Shown here: in pieces, positions 39,301 through 48,161 of the stretch
How the letters are laid out: every line of letters starts with the position of its first letter
How positions within the stretch are numbered: position 1 is the stretch's first letter
Assembly (NCBI GenBank): GCA_029860075.1
Contig: JAOUBX010000007.1
Span: 35,355-99,354, forward strand
DNA length: 64,000 nucleotides
From: Deltaproteobacteria bacterium
Lineage (GTDB): Bacteria; Desulfobacterota; JADFVX01
Direction: 5' to 3'
Translations under genes and position numbers: made by a program
The notes under the pieces: generated by a model
The model's input: the letters and a program-made list of their open reading frames with translations, nothing else
Told to the model about the DNA's origin: nothing
Database searches by the model: none

Positions 39301-39761
39301 TGAAGGGTGAACTGCTTCGGGAGGAAATAGAACCTGAAATCAGGTTCCCTTATCCGGCCTTTATAGGGGAAGATTACGTGGCTGATACAAACCAGAGGCT
39401 AAACCTTTACAAACGTTTCTCCTCTTTGTGCGATGAAGATGAGCTGAATGAAATGAAACCTGAACTCCTCGATCGTTTCGGACCCATACCGAGAGAGACC
39501 CTGAATTTTATAGAACTCATTTCACTCAAAATGGTCCTTAAAAAACTGATGATAAAGGAAGCCCTTATTTCAGAAAAGGCGCTTTCTTTTGCCTTTCATG
39601 AAAAAGCGCCTGTCAATGTGGACAAGCTCCTTGCTCTTGTCAATAAATCACCGGCCAAATATTCAATTACTCCCGATTTGCGCCTTAAGGTTAAACCGTC
39701 CTCCGGTGACTGGTTAAAGGCCCTTAATGAAGGTAAAAAGATATTGAAAGGACTAGGTTAA
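36303..39761 (+). CDS. mfd: Transcription-repair coupling factor Mfd
   Basis: UvrB-homology N-terminus, CarD-like region (GDCIVHVDHGIGIY), SF2 helicase motifs (GDVGYGKTEVA, DEEQRFGV, LTATPIPRT, QLRGRVGRS) and a TRG motif region. Confidence 0.93.
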   Translation: MSNTLSGNIPLGLAGDERKAIAGLKGSSLAWLLSRNIEAGEGPFFIIAPSSTEAEKLFGDLKFFLGEKSRVCYFPQWEVLPYENLSPHRAIVSERLKTLYALAVDDVHALITTVPSAMQRVMPKSVITGMVDYLVTGEEIPFDGFLESLAERGYVRTLHVEEMGEFSVRGGIVDIFGPAMDFPVRIEFFGDEVESMREFELESQKSTGVELEELTLLPAGEIFLNPQKGKAITRIIKVRGVDGGASRDHLNEIRNSFNEGIPFQGIEFFLPDFYPEWATLFDYLPPKTITVRLDNEELLYRAGEFEKSFIEGYEKGWANGWPFPEPERFYLHGESLMTSLDKWPSLLVGGVNVGEKEAVRIDVENNRDIRTFISGAKKEKSPLELLVEKISEWRNDGISLFFSAHTRGQGERLGELLKFHGLNISIKESPPDFKETGDGIPLYIGELSTGFKDLEGRFVLITEEDVFGERHKRRGRLKKAGDLRIASFGQLKSGDCIVHVDHGIGIYKGLGKLEAGGTIGDYLELEYFGGDKVFLPVDRLNLVQRYGGGENEVPKLDKLGGTSWEKVKKRVKKAVTEMAAELLEIHAAREVMKGHAYAVDSEEFSEFEASFEYEETPDQKNAIDDVINDMKSRRPMDRLVCGDVGYGKTEVAVRAAFVTAMEGRQVALLVPTTILAQQHYQTFCDRFKGYPIVVERLTRFCSGARQKEVVKKLEEGKVDLIIGTHRLLQKDVKFRNLGLVVVDEEQRFGVTHKEKLKKIRKTVDVLTLTATPIPRTLHMSMMGIRDLSIISSPPEGRLAIRTFVTNYDEEVIREAVMRELRRGGQVFFVHNRVQDIENVAANMREIVPEAKIAIAHGQMHEHELEKVMLEFDKGEKNLIVCTTIIESGLDIPNANTIIMHNAQSMGLAQLYQLRGRVGRSKHRAYAYLLVPTGLILTKEARKRLQAIQEMKELSSGFQLASYDLEIRGAGNIVGAEQSGNIEAVGFELFSSMLEKAVAEVKGELLREEIEPEIRFPYPAFIGEDYVADTNQRLNLYKRFSSLCDEDELNEMKPELLDRFGPIPRETLNFIELISLKMVLKKLMIKEALISEKALSFAFHEKAPVNVDKLLALVNKSPAKYSITPDLRLKVKPSSGDWLKALNEGKKILKGLG

Positions 39762-39978
39762 TGTGGTAGTTTTTAAACGGACTTTCAGTGGGGGAATCCC
39801 TTGTAAATCATGCCGCTTGAACCTCCGGCAGGCGCAGCCCCCAAGGAGGGCGATTAGTGGGGGCGATGAGTCGGGAAGCCGGGTTCCTCATTTGCGCCTT
39901 GCTGATTGTGCGGGGTGGTTTTTGCAATTTCAAATTTAGAGACTTAATATGATGAGAAATAACGGTAGCCTTTTATAT

Positions 39979-40923
39979 ATGAAAAGCCTTCTTTTTATCG
40001 GCATTCTCCTGCTTGGCGGTTGCAAAGGCAAGGCTCCCCGGGAGGAAGAAAAAGCGCTGGCCAAAGTCGGCATGAATGTTATTACGCTTACCGAATTTGA
40101 AGAGTCCTTTTCTTCTACGGGCAAGCGCTATGCTTCCAACTATCCCATGGACAGGAAGAACAGTCTCAAGCTCAAAGCGGCTTATCTCAACCAGCTTATT
40201 GAAGAGAAGCTGATTATGGCTGAGGCGGAAAAAATGAAAATTAATGTGGGGATGGAAGAGATTGATGCCACCATTGCAGAACTTAAAAAAAATTACGGTG
40301 ATGATAACAGTTTCAAAAAGGTTTTTATCGATGAGCACCTGGATCTTGCCGTCTGGCGGGAAAAGGTGAAGAAAAAGCTTCTGGTGGAAAAAGTAATCTA
40401 CCGGACGGTTTCATCAAAAGTCGATATTTCCGATGAAGAGATAAAAGATTATTACGAGAACAACCTTGATGAGTTCCATAGTGATGAAAAGGTCAAGGCA
40501 AAGCAGATCTTCCACATGGATGAAAGAGAAGCCAGCAAGGCGCGAGAAAGGGTAAGGGCGGGTGAGGATTTTGCCGCTGTTGCCATGGATGTTTCCCAGA
40601 GTCCCGATGCAAGTGAAGGAGGAGATCTGGGTTATTTCGGCAGGGGAATTATGCCCCCTGAATTTGATGAAACGGTATTTACCATGGAGGTAGGGTCCCT
40701 TAGTGAAGTGGTAAGGAGCAGTTACGGGTATCACATTTTTCTCCTTGAAGACAGGCGGGAAGAAAGAGATCTGAGCTTTGAAGACGTGAAAGAAAAGATT
40801 GCCGAAGTTATCCGCAGGAATAAGGAAGAGCATATATACGGAAAGTGGATAGATGGGTTAAGGGAGAAGACGAATATAGAAATCAATCACGAATTGCTTC
40901 AAAGGAGTATACTGTTAAGATGA
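39979..40923 (+). CDS. SurA/PrsA-like parvulin PPIase, lipoprotein
   Basis: Lipobox LLLGGC, SurA_N-like region and a parvulin domain (AKQIFH...GGDLGYFGRGIMPPEFDE...YGYHIFLL). The start is ATG 39979, or upstream at 39949. Confidence 0.75.
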   Translation: MKSLLFIGILLLGGCKGKAPREEEKALAKVGMNVITLTEFEESFSSTGKRYASNYPMDRKNSLKLKAAYLNQLIEEKLIMAEAEKMKINVGMEEIDATIAELKKNYGDDNSFKKVFIDEHLDLAVWREKVKKKLLVEKVIYRTVSSKVDISDEEIKDYYENNLDEFHSDEKVKAKQIFHMDEREASKARERVRAGEDFAAVAMDVSQSPDASEGGDLGYFGRGIMPPEFDETVFTMEVGSLSEVVRSSYGYHIFLLEDRREERDLSFEDVKEKIAEVIRRNKEEHIYGKWIDGLREKTNIEINHELLQRSILLR

Positions 40924-41864
40924 AAAGTATTTTTTTATTCATATTGAGCGCCCTTCTGCTCTGTTCATTTCCGCTTCATGCGGAAGTTTTCGACAGGGTT
41001 GTTGCCTCTATCGGTGATGATGCCATTACCCTTTTCGATATCGATCGGGAAGCCGGCCCTCTTCTCAAACAGTATAAAAAGGATGAAAAGAGACTTTACG
41101 AAACACGGAAGGCAATACTCGAAAAGCTGATTGAAAAGGTGCTTCTCATGAGAGAGGCCAGGCTTATGGGACTGGAAGTGAGCAAAGGGGAAGTAACTTC
41201 CGCCGTCGATAATATTAAGCGAGAGAATAAGATCGGTCATGATGAGTTGGTACGGGCTCTGGCACAGGAAGGGATGACCTACGAAAAGTATGTAGATGAG
41301 TTGAAAGGACAGATCCTGAGATCGAAGGTGCTTGATAGAAAGGTTAGAGGCAGCATTAATATCAGTGATGATGACATCAGCTTTTATTATGAGAAAAATC
41401 GCGATATTTTTAAATCAGATGAAGAGATCAGGGTAAGGCATATCCTTTTTCTTGTTCCCAAGGAGGCGGGCGAGGAAAAGCTGAAGGAGGTAAAGACAAG
41501 AGCGGAAGCTGTTTTAAAACTTGCCAGAGGGGGAGAAAATTTTGAGGCGCTGGCAAAAAAACATTCCCAGGGGCCTTCCGCATCGTCAGGAGGAGACCTG
41601 GGGTATTTCAGAAAAGAAGATATGGTGAAGGAGTTTTCACGCGCCGCCTTTGCCTTGAACGTTAATGAGGTGAGTGACCTTGTCCTTTCTCCCTTCGGGT
41701 TTCACATTATAAAAATGATGGACAGGCGGGGAGGAAAGGCTGTTTCCTTCGATGATGTAAAGGGCAAGATCAAGGCCATCCTTTTTAGCGAGGAAATGGA
41801 AAAGGGCGCTAAAAGTTATATTGAAGAATTAAAAGACACTAACGATCTGAAAATTCTCCTCTAA
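40920..41864 (+). CDS. surA: Periplasmic chaperone SurA-like parvulin PPIase
   Basis: ATGA overlap with the preceding gene. It has a signal peptide, a SurA_N region and a parvulin domain (VRHILF...GGDLGYFRKEDMVKEFS...FGFHIIKM), and is followed by pdxA as in the classical surA-pdxA arrangement. Confidence 0.8.
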   Translation: MKSIFLFILSALLLCSFPLHAEVFDRVVASIGDDAITLFDIDREAGPLLKQYKKDEKRLYETRKAILEKLIEKVLLMREARLMGLEVSKGEVTSAVDNIKRENKIGHDELVRALAQEGMTYEKYVDELKGQILRSKVLDRKVRGSINISDDDISFYYEKNRDIFKSDEEIRVRHILFLVPKEAGEEKLKEVKTRAEAVLKLARGGENFEALAKKHSQGPSASSGGDLGYFRKEDMVKEFSRAAFALNVNEVSDLVLSPFGFHIIKMMDRRGGKAVSFDDVKGKIKAILFSEEMEKGAKSYIEELKDTNDLKILL

Positions 41865-42889
41865 TGCAGGCAAGCTTACCTAAAATCGGCATCTCCATGG
41901 GAGACCCTGCGGGAATCGGGCCGGAAATAATCCTTAAGGCCCTGACAGATGAAAAGGTTCTGAATACTTGCCTCCCTCTTGTCATCGGTGATAGCGGTGT
42001 CCTTCATGAGATGGCCAAAAAGCTGGATATTCCTTTTCCGCTGACCTCACTGGATACCCTTTCAGATTGGCAAGATAATTCTTCTCCTGCCATCCTGTCT
42101 CTTACATCGCTTCAGCATGCAGTCTGCGGAGAAGTATCCAAATCATCAGGACATGCCTCGGGCTTGTACATTCAAAAGGCCGCAGAACTTGCCCTTGGCG
42201 GTGAAATTGACGGCATTGTTACGGCGCCCATTAACAAGGAATCATTCAATCTGGGAGGTTTTGACTATCCGGGGCATACGGAATTTCTGGCCCACCTTAC
42301 TAAAACGGAAAATTACGCCATGATGCTCATGGGGGAGACGCTGAGAGTGGTGCTTCTCACCATTCACTGCCCACTCATGGAGGTTGCCGGGAGACTTACC
42401 AGGGAAGACACGATAAGGATTATCAGGCTCTCCCATGAAACGCTGAAAACATATTTTGCCATAGAAAATCCCAGGATTGCCCTGGCTTCGTTAAATCCAC
42501 ATGCCGGAGAAGGGGGCCTATTTGGTGAGGAGGAGGAACAAATCCTTATCCCTGCATCCCGTATGGCCAGGGAGGAAGGCATCGATGTGACTGAGCCTCT
42601 GCCGGCAGATACGCTCTTTTTCAGCGCCGTCAGGGGAAAGTATGATATCGTTGTATGCCCTTACCATGATCAGGGCCTTATTCCACTGAAACTGCTTCAT
42701 TTTGAAGACGGTGTCAACGTAACGCTTGGTCTTCCCATTGTAAGGACCTCTCCCGATCACGGGACGGCTTTTGATATAGCCGGAAAAGGTCTTGCAAAGC
42801 CGGAGAGTATTAAGGCTGCTATCTTTACAGCCCTTACTATGATCCGGGCGAAGAAGACATCTCAAGGAGGCATTGCTTATGAAAAGTGA
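41864..42889 (+). CDS. pdxA: 4-hydroxythreonine-4-phosphate dehydrogenase
   Basis: GDPAGIGPEI, TAPINK, GHTEFLA, LNPHAGE.G and YHDQGLIP motifs are present. Confidence 0.9.
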   Translation: MQASLPKIGISMGDPAGIGPEIILKALTDEKVLNTCLPLVIGDSGVLHEMAKKLDIPFPLTSLDTLSDWQDNSSPAILSLTSLQHAVCGEVSKSSGHASGLYIQKAAELALGGEIDGIVTAPINKESFNLGGFDYPGHTEFLAHLTKTENYAMMLMGETLRVVLLTIHCPLMEVAGRLTREDTIRIIRLSHETLKTYFAIENPRIALASLNPHAGEGGLFGEEEEQILIPASRMAREEGIDVTEPLPADTLFFSAVRGKYDIVVCPYHDQGLIPLKLLHFEDGVNVTLGLPIVRTSPDHGTAFDIAGKGLAKPESIKAAIFTALTMIRAKKTSQGGIAYEK

Positions 42890-44312
42890 AATAAAATTCG
42901 GTACTGACGGCTGGAGAGGTGTTATCAGCCGCGATTTTACCTTTGAAAACGTGAGGTGGGTGAGTCAGACCGTGATTGATTACCTGAAAAAAGAGCATCT
43001 CCATGGGAAAGGGCTTGTCATCGGTTATGACAGACGCTTTCTTTCAAAAGAATATGCCCAGGAGGTTGCTTCTGTTGCCGCTGCCAACGGCGTAAAGGTT
43101 TTTATGGGGAAGAACTTTGTTCCCACTCCTGCCGTGTCCTGGGCCGTCAAGGAAAAGAACGCCGCAGGCGGGATAATGGTAACGGCCAGCCACAATCCGC
43201 CAAAATACAATGGTATCAAGTTTAAGGAGGCTTTTGGTGGTTCGGCCTTGCCGGAGACGACGGCCCTTATCGAAAATATGCTTGAGAAAAGACAGCAGGA
43301 GGGAAAGGAACCCCTTTCCGGCAGTTTTGGTGATGAAGTGGCAAAGGGAAATATTATCGACTATGACCCTCTCGAAAGTTACTTGAGGGCAGTGCGAAAC
43401 TTTGTTGATCTCGATAAGATCAAAGGGAGTGGTATCCGGGTTGCCTATGATCCCATGCATGGCGCAGGTAGTGGCAGTATTGGCGCCATACTTGATGAAA
43501 TAGGCATAGAGGTAAGGGAAATAAGGGGGGATGATAACCCCGGTTTTGGCGGCATCAGTCCTGAGCCGATAGACAGGAACCTGGAAAAGCTCATGAAGAT
43601 GGTGGCCCGGGAGAACTATGATATCGGCCTTGCCACTGACGGAGATGCAGACAGGATTGGCGCCGTTGATGGTGAAGGAAAGTTTTTTAACTCTCACAGA
43701 ATACTTACGGTGCTTGCCAGGCATCTCATTGAAGAGCGGGGAATGCAGGGCAGTATCATCAAGACGGTTTCGGGAACAGCCATGATCGATCATATGTCCC
43801 GTAAGTTTGGATTAAAGGTGGAAGAAACGCCTATCGGTTTCAAGCATATTTGCAAGAAAATGCTAAAGGGAGGCGTCTTGCTGGGAGGAGAAGAAAGCGG
43901 CGGCATCGGTATTACCTCACACCTTCCCGAAAGAGACGGTATTCTCGTCGGACTTTTGCTCGTAGAAATTATGGCTGTTAAGGGGAAGGGCATCTACGAT
44001 GTGCTGGAAGAAGTTTTTCATGAATTCGGTCCTTTCCATTACGACAGGATCGATGTGGAGATAAAAAAGGAAGAGATGGCAACGGTGAGATCGCTCCTTG
44101 AAAGCTATCACCCGCAAAGCATTGCCGGTATGAAAGTAAAGGGTGAAAACAGGATGGACGGTGTCAAATTCCTTCTGGGAGAGAGAAGCTGGCTTCTCAT
44201 CAGGGCTTCGGGAACGGAACCGGTACTCAGAATCTATGCAGAGTCCGACTCCCCTGAAAATGTAAAGAAATTGCTTGATGAAGGAAAAGAGGCTGCCGGG
44301 CTTAGGGATTGA
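42879..44312 (+). CDS. Phosphoglucomutase/phosphomannomutase family protein
   Basis: FGTDGWRG, active-site TASHNPPKYNGIKF, metal loop ATDGDADR, GGEESGG, and RASGTEP near the C-terminus. The ATG at 42879 follows AAGGAGG. Confidence 0.88.
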   Translation: MKSEIKFGTDGWRGVISRDFTFENVRWVSQTVIDYLKKEHLHGKGLVIGYDRRFLSKEYAQEVASVAAANGVKVFMGKNFVPTPAVSWAVKEKNAAGGIMVTASHNPPKYNGIKFKEAFGGSALPETTALIENMLEKRQQEGKEPLSGSFGDEVAKGNIIDYDPLESYLRAVRNFVDLDKIKGSGIRVAYDPMHGAGSGSIGAILDEIGIEVREIRGDDNPGFGGISPEPIDRNLEKLMKMVARENYDIGLATDGDADRIGAVDGEGKFFNSHRILTVLARHLIEERGMQGSIIKTVSGTAMIDHMSRKFGLKVEETPIGFKHICKKMLKGGVLLGGEESGGIGITSHLPERDGILVGLLLVEIMAVKGKGIYDVLEEVFHEFGPFHYDRIDVEIKKEEMATVRSLLESYHPQSIAGMKVKGENRMDGVKFLLGERSWLLIRASGTEPVLRIYAESDSPENVKKLLDEGKEAAGLRD

Positions 44313-44617
44313 TTAAGAATAGTTCCCCCGGAATCAGCAGCGATTCCCGGCCTGTCCCTATGGAAATCTGCAACAATTATTTCTGCCTGGAATGACGCAC
44401 AGTCATGGTTGTTTCGACTCGGAGGTTTCCGGCCGGAGATCTCTGTCCGGGAGTTTCTGAGAGGTACCGGGTTAAGACCTCTCACTATATTCGAGACAAG
44501 AATTTCTCCTCGCACCCCAAGGGCGCTTGTCACTTTGTTCAGGCGCATTTCAAATGACAGGTCAGCGCAAGTTCCCAAGGGGACATGACTGAGAGATCTC
44601 CCGAATTTATTCAGGGC

Positions 44618-45259
44618 TTAACAGCAGCCCCGAACTTGCGGATGGCAGCAGCAGTCATGATGGTGATAGTCATGGCTGTCATTACAATGGCAGGAACAGC
44701 CGCCATGCGGCCCGCAGTCATCATGATAATTAGGGTGGCAGGTACCATGATGGGAACCATGATGAGGATCACAATGGGAGCCATGATGAGGGTCATCATG
44801 ATGCCGGCTGCATGCATGCTGTCCTGATAAACCACCCATGAGAGAAAGTCCGCCTGCGAGGCCTGTATTGATAAAGTCGATTCCAAGGCGTACCATTCCA
44901 CCGACTTTATTGAGCAATTCCTGGTTTCCTTCATGCGCTTTGGGCGAAAGCGGCATTCCTGTGGGCGCTGAAGCATGATGGTGATGGTAACTTCCGTAGG
45001 GTTGTCCATGAATATGATATTGAGGCGGGAATGCCTGGATCTTCCCGGCATTAGCTGTCCACTGCTTACTTCTGTATGCCTCTGCCTGTCGCTGAAATTC
45101 TTCGTAGGCTTCTTTTGCGCTTGTCCCCTTCTCACCCAATGTTTCCCTTGAGACCACGTTTTCAGTGGCTGCGCTCAAATTTTCTCTGAGAGAATTAATG
45201 TTATCTGCCTTTACTTCTTTTATTGTTTTTGCTGATTTCTTTCGTGGTCTTGTAGCCAT
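44618..45259 (-). CDS. Orphan protein with Gly/Leu-rich segment and extreme His/Cys-rich C-terminal tail (operon gene 11)
   Basis: SD AAGGAG. 213 aa. The last 66 aa contain about 19 His and 12 Cys by hand count (..HHDDPHHGSHCDPHHGSHHGTCHP...HDCCCHPQVRGCC). No signal peptide. Confidence 0.65.
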   Translation of the reverse strand: MATRPRKKSAKTIKEVKADNINSLRENLSAATENVVSRETLGEKGTSAKEAYEEFQRQAEAYRSKQWTANAGKIQAFPPQYHIHGQPYGSYHHHHASAPTGMPLSPKAHEGNQELLNKVGGMVRLGIDFINTGLAGGLSLMGGLSGQHACSRHHDDPHHGSHCDPHHGSHHGTCHPNYHDDCGPHGGCSCHCNDSHDYHHHDCCCHPQVRGCC

Positions 45260-45293
45260 AAATGGTCTCCTTTATAAGAATGTGTGATTATCC

Positions 45294-45917
45294 TTAACAG
45301 CTGAATACCTCACACCACCTGACGCGGGCAATAGTGTTAATGGTGAGGGCAATTAACCTGGCGCCCGGATTTACCGTAATAATATCTTCTTTAATGTGAT
45401 AGCCGGGCTGGATAGGGTCTTTCACCCAGACTAATGTGTGGTCTTCACTATCTTCCACTGCAACTGCAACGAGGGACTTTGCCGTATTGTCATTTTTCTC
45501 CAGCATATACTCAACTGACAGGTGAACGCAGCAACCACCGCCGATTATGCTCTTTTCAGCGCCTATGCCGGCGCTGGATAATAAAAGTGGTTTAAAAAGT
45601 AAGCCCGCTGTTTCAAAACCGTTTAATTTCTCGGAAATAAGTTTCACTCCCTCTTTAGGGTCCCGTATAATCAGGGGTTCTACCAAAAGTTCCTTTGATT
45701 CCTTGCGGCAATGTTTGTGTCCGCAGCAGCATTTGCTCACAGGGTGGCAACAGGAATGACAAAAATGATGATTATGGCCATGATGATCATGCCCATGATA
45801 ATGAGGGCGGTGATAGCTGTATGCAGGGGAATTTGCCCGACGACGTACATTCCGGGTTGCCACATCAGCCGGGTTTCCCCCGGCATCAGCAGAGTTTGTA
45901 TTAATAGTTAAAGCCAT
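45294..45917 (-). CDS. Orphan protein: His/Cys-rich N-terminal region plus about 100-aa beta-rich domain ending RWCEVFSC (operon gene 10)
   Basis: SD GGAGG. The N-terminal region reads HRPHYHGHDHHGHNHHFCHSCCHPVSKCCCGHKHC. The C-terminal domain is paralogous to gene 9. Confidence 0.65.
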   Translation of the reverse strand: MALTINTNSADAGGNPADVATRNVRRRANSPAYSYHRPHYHGHDHHGHNHHFCHSCCHPVSKCCCGHKHCRKESKELLVEPLIIRDPKEGVKLISEKLNGFETAGLLFKPLLLSSAGIGAEKSIIGGGCCVHLSVEYMLEKNDNTAKSLVAVAVEDSEDHTLVWVKDPIQPGYHIKEDIITVNPGARLIALTINTIARVRWCEVFSC

Positions 45918-45956
45918 GTTTTGTCCTCCAAATAAAAAAATAATAAAAAGTTTAAA

Positions 45957-46412
45957 TTAACAAATCAGGTCTTCACACCACCTTAGCCTGGCCCTGCATT
46001 TTTTTACCGTTAAACTGATTACCGAACCCGGCGGGAGTTGAAGGGGTAATTTTTTCACATAATATCCGGCAGGCGCCGATGTAATAGATAGAACCACTAC
46101 AGAGTCAACTTTTACTTCTACTAATAAGGGGTCCGAACCGTCAGAGAGGTATTCCAGATTGACGGTAACGTCATTTTCTCCACCAATGTATGTTTCGGCC
46201 TCTCCTATCCCGGCAAAGCTGTCGGCAAATATTTCTTGAGGGTACTTTATAAGTATTGCTGATGGACAGCAACACTCATGGGGCGGATGATGGCAGCCGG
46301 GACAAAATTCCGCTGAAGGTACAGCATAATAATGGGGCGCCGGAGTCTGATAGTTATACCCGCAGCACGGGCAGCAAGACGCATGATGCGCAGGGTAAGT
46401 ACAGTTATGCAT
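45957..46412 (-). CDS. Paralogue of gene 10: Cys/His-rich N-terminus plus beta-rich domain ending RWCEDLIC (operon gene 9)
   Basis: AGGAGG lies 9 nt upstream of the ATG at 46412. The N-terminus reads HHASCCPCCG...CPGCHHPPHECCCP. The shared positions AGIG..IGG..V.LEY...PG...LT...AR.RWCE...C align by eye with gene 10. Confidence 0.65.
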   Translation of the reverse strand: MHNCTYPAHHASCCPCCGYNYQTPAPHYYAVPSAEFCPGCHHPPHECCCPSAILIKYPQEIFADSFAGIGEAETYIGGENDVTVNLEYLSDGSDPLLVEVKVDSVVVLSITSAPAGYYVKKLPLQLPPGSVISLTVKKCRARLRWCEDLIC

Positions 46413-46430
46413 TTTCACCACCTCCTGAAA

Positions 46431-46613
46431 TTAGGGTTGTTGTTCCTTGGTTGCTTCCTTGATGCTTTCCAGGGTATCATCGACTATACTGAAACTGCTT
46501 TTTACTACCGTATTTAAAACTTCTGTAACACCCTCGGTAAGCTTGCTCGATATAATTTGATTTGCCGTTTCATTGATTACCTTGTTTAATGGTCCCAGCA
46601 GACTTATTGCCAT
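46431..46613 (-). CDS. 60-aa hypothetical helical protein (operon gene 8)
   Basis: SD GGGAGGTGA. Amphipathic sequence with no Cys or His. No recognisable family. Confidence 0.5.
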   Translation of the reverse strand: MAISLLGPLNKVINETANQIISSKLTEGVTEVLNTVVKSSFSIVDDTLESIKEATKEQQP

Positions 46614-46665
46614 AACATCACCTCCCTGTTGGATTAAATTTTTTTCTATTCCTGTTGTTGTGCTT

Positions 46666-48126
46666 TTATTGGATAAAAAGATGGCGGGCTGATATACCCT
46701 TTTTCATTGAATGAATTCCAAGATCTGAAGCTTTTGAGATTACATCCATTCCCCAATTGAGATTTTTTGTGGGGTTTTCCATCATTCTGCTAATAATCCT
46801 CGTTAAGTCTATTAATGTCCTTAATCCACTTTTAAGAACCCCGCCGGACCCATTATTTTGGGACTGATTCAACAGTTTAATCCAGAATGCCGGATTGACA
46901 GGAATGGCGTTCACTATGGTTAAGGGTGAGAAGCATGCGCTTGCCGGTGTCACGCCTGTAAATATTCCGCCACACATGTCTCTGAATTCCTTACTGTTTC
47001 TTGTCATCTCACAAATCATTTTCAGTGCAAGAAGGTAGGCTTCTCTTAAATTTGGATTTCTTGCGATACTTAATATGAGACTCCCTGTGAGCCTGTCCAG
47101 TCCTGATATGTCATCCTGGATTTCATTAAAGCTATTTAGGTTTTCAGCGGAAAAGTCATTTCTTTCAAGAGCATTCATGGCGATAAAAGCCGCCAGGTGA
47201 CCACCTTCAAGGGCAATATGAATACCGCCGCCATTTATGGGGTCCGTCATATTTGCCGCATCGCCTATCAAAAGGACCCTTTCTGCGACGGTTTTTTCCA
47301 ATTTAGGAAAACAGGCCCTGCCGCCGCCCAGTTTTTCCGGTTTGGCGTCTTTTTTTAAGCGATGAGACAGATTTTTTGCGACAAAATCGTCAAAAACCTC
47401 TTTAAGATGAGGTTTCATGGGGAAATTGGCGTCATAAACATAGCCGACACCCACATTTGCACGTCCACTGTCGTCGGCAAAAACCCAGCCATAACCGGGG
47501 AAAAAATCTTTATCGAAGTATATCTGGACTTTCGATTTATCTATGATCATGTCGGGGTAATATGCCCTTATGGAAGCGGCAACGGACTCCCCCTTAATAC
47601 TGTTGCCGATCTCCCTGGAAACGACCGAGTTTACACCGTCAGAACCAATAACCATTTTGGCTTCATAGGTGACAGGTGCATTATCTTCAATGGCTTCTAT
47701 GCATATGCGATCCTTTTTGGCAGCAATTTTCTTTACATGGCAGCCTTCTTTAAACGTTACTCCTGATGAAACGGCATTTTTTACCAATATATGGTCAAGC
47801 GTTCTCCGTTCAAGTTGTACGCCGAAACCGGGGAACTTTTCCCCTTCCGGAAAACCGCTGGAAATAACATATTCGCCGTTGACATAAAGGTCACCTGAAT
47901 CGGTATAGCCTTTACATTCATCGAGTACCTCATTAATGCATCCCAGCATATCGATCCAGTAAACGGCTTTAGGGGCCAGAAAGTCACCACAAACCTTATC
48001 TCTGGGGAACCTGGACTTATCGAGTAATAAGACATTTACCCCTTCCCTTGCAAGAAAGGTAGAGGTGCTGCTTCCACCGGGACCGGCACCGACGACTATG
48101 ACGTCATAAAAATTGTTGTTTGCCAT
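46666..48126 (-). CDS. FAD-dependent oxidoreductase, geranylgeranyl-reductase family (operon gene 7)
   Basis: The N-terminal YDVIVVGAGPGGSSTSTFLAREGVNVLLLDKSRFPRDKVCGDFL and the later LIGDAANMTDPINGGGI are typical of the GGR/FixC-type family. At 486 aa it has a C-terminal extension. Confidence 0.7.
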   Translation of the reverse strand: MANNNFYDVIVVGAGPGGSSTSTFLAREGVNVLLLDKSRFPRDKVCGDFLAPKAVYWIDMLGCINEVLDECKGYTDSGDLYVNGEYVISSGFPEGEKFPGFGVQLERRTLDHILVKNAVSSGVTFKEGCHVKKIAAKKDRICIEAIEDNAPVTYEAKMVIGSDGVNSVVSREIGNSIKGESVAASIRAYYPDMIIDKSKVQIYFDKDFFPGYGWVFADDSGRANVGVGYVYDANFPMKPHLKEVFDDFVAKNLSHRLKKDAKPEKLGGGRACFPKLEKTVAERVLLIGDAANMTDPINGGGIHIALEGGHLAAFIAMNALERNDFSAENLNSFNEIQDDISGLDRLTGSLILSIARNPNLREAYLLALKMICEMTRNSKEFRDMCGGIFTGVTPASACFSPLTIVNAIPVNPAFWIKLLNQSQNNGSGGVLKSGLRTLIDLTRIISRMMENPTKNLNWGMDVISKASDLGIHSMKKGISARHLFIQ

Positions 48127-48161
48127 TAGCTGCTTCCTGTTTGATCAGGATATATTTTACT

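Noticed and set aside
44234-44578. 114-aa minus-strand ORF between pgm and the His/Cys operon.
   Set aside because: It overlaps the 3' end of the well-supported phosphoglucomutase gene, has no SD and has no recognisable features. The 44313-44617 spacer looks non-coding, with small hairpins only.
44585-44827. Plus-strand 80-aa Met/Val/Ala/Thr-rich ORF (MAAAVMMVIVMAVITMAG...). Similar plus-strand ORFs lie at 45695-45911 and 48905-49297.
   Set aside because: These are antisense shadows of the His/Cys-rich coding regions. His CAY reads as RTG (Met/Val) and Cys TGY reads as RCA (Ala/Thr) on the opposite strand. The minus-strand ORFs are longer, have proper SD sites, extend beyond the biased segments and form a coherent operon.
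44611-45135. Alternative minus-strand 174-aa ORF overlapping operon gene 11 in another frame.
   Set aside because: It has no SD and lies entirely inside the better-supported 44618-45259 ORF. Its composition is an out-of-frame artefact of the biased region.
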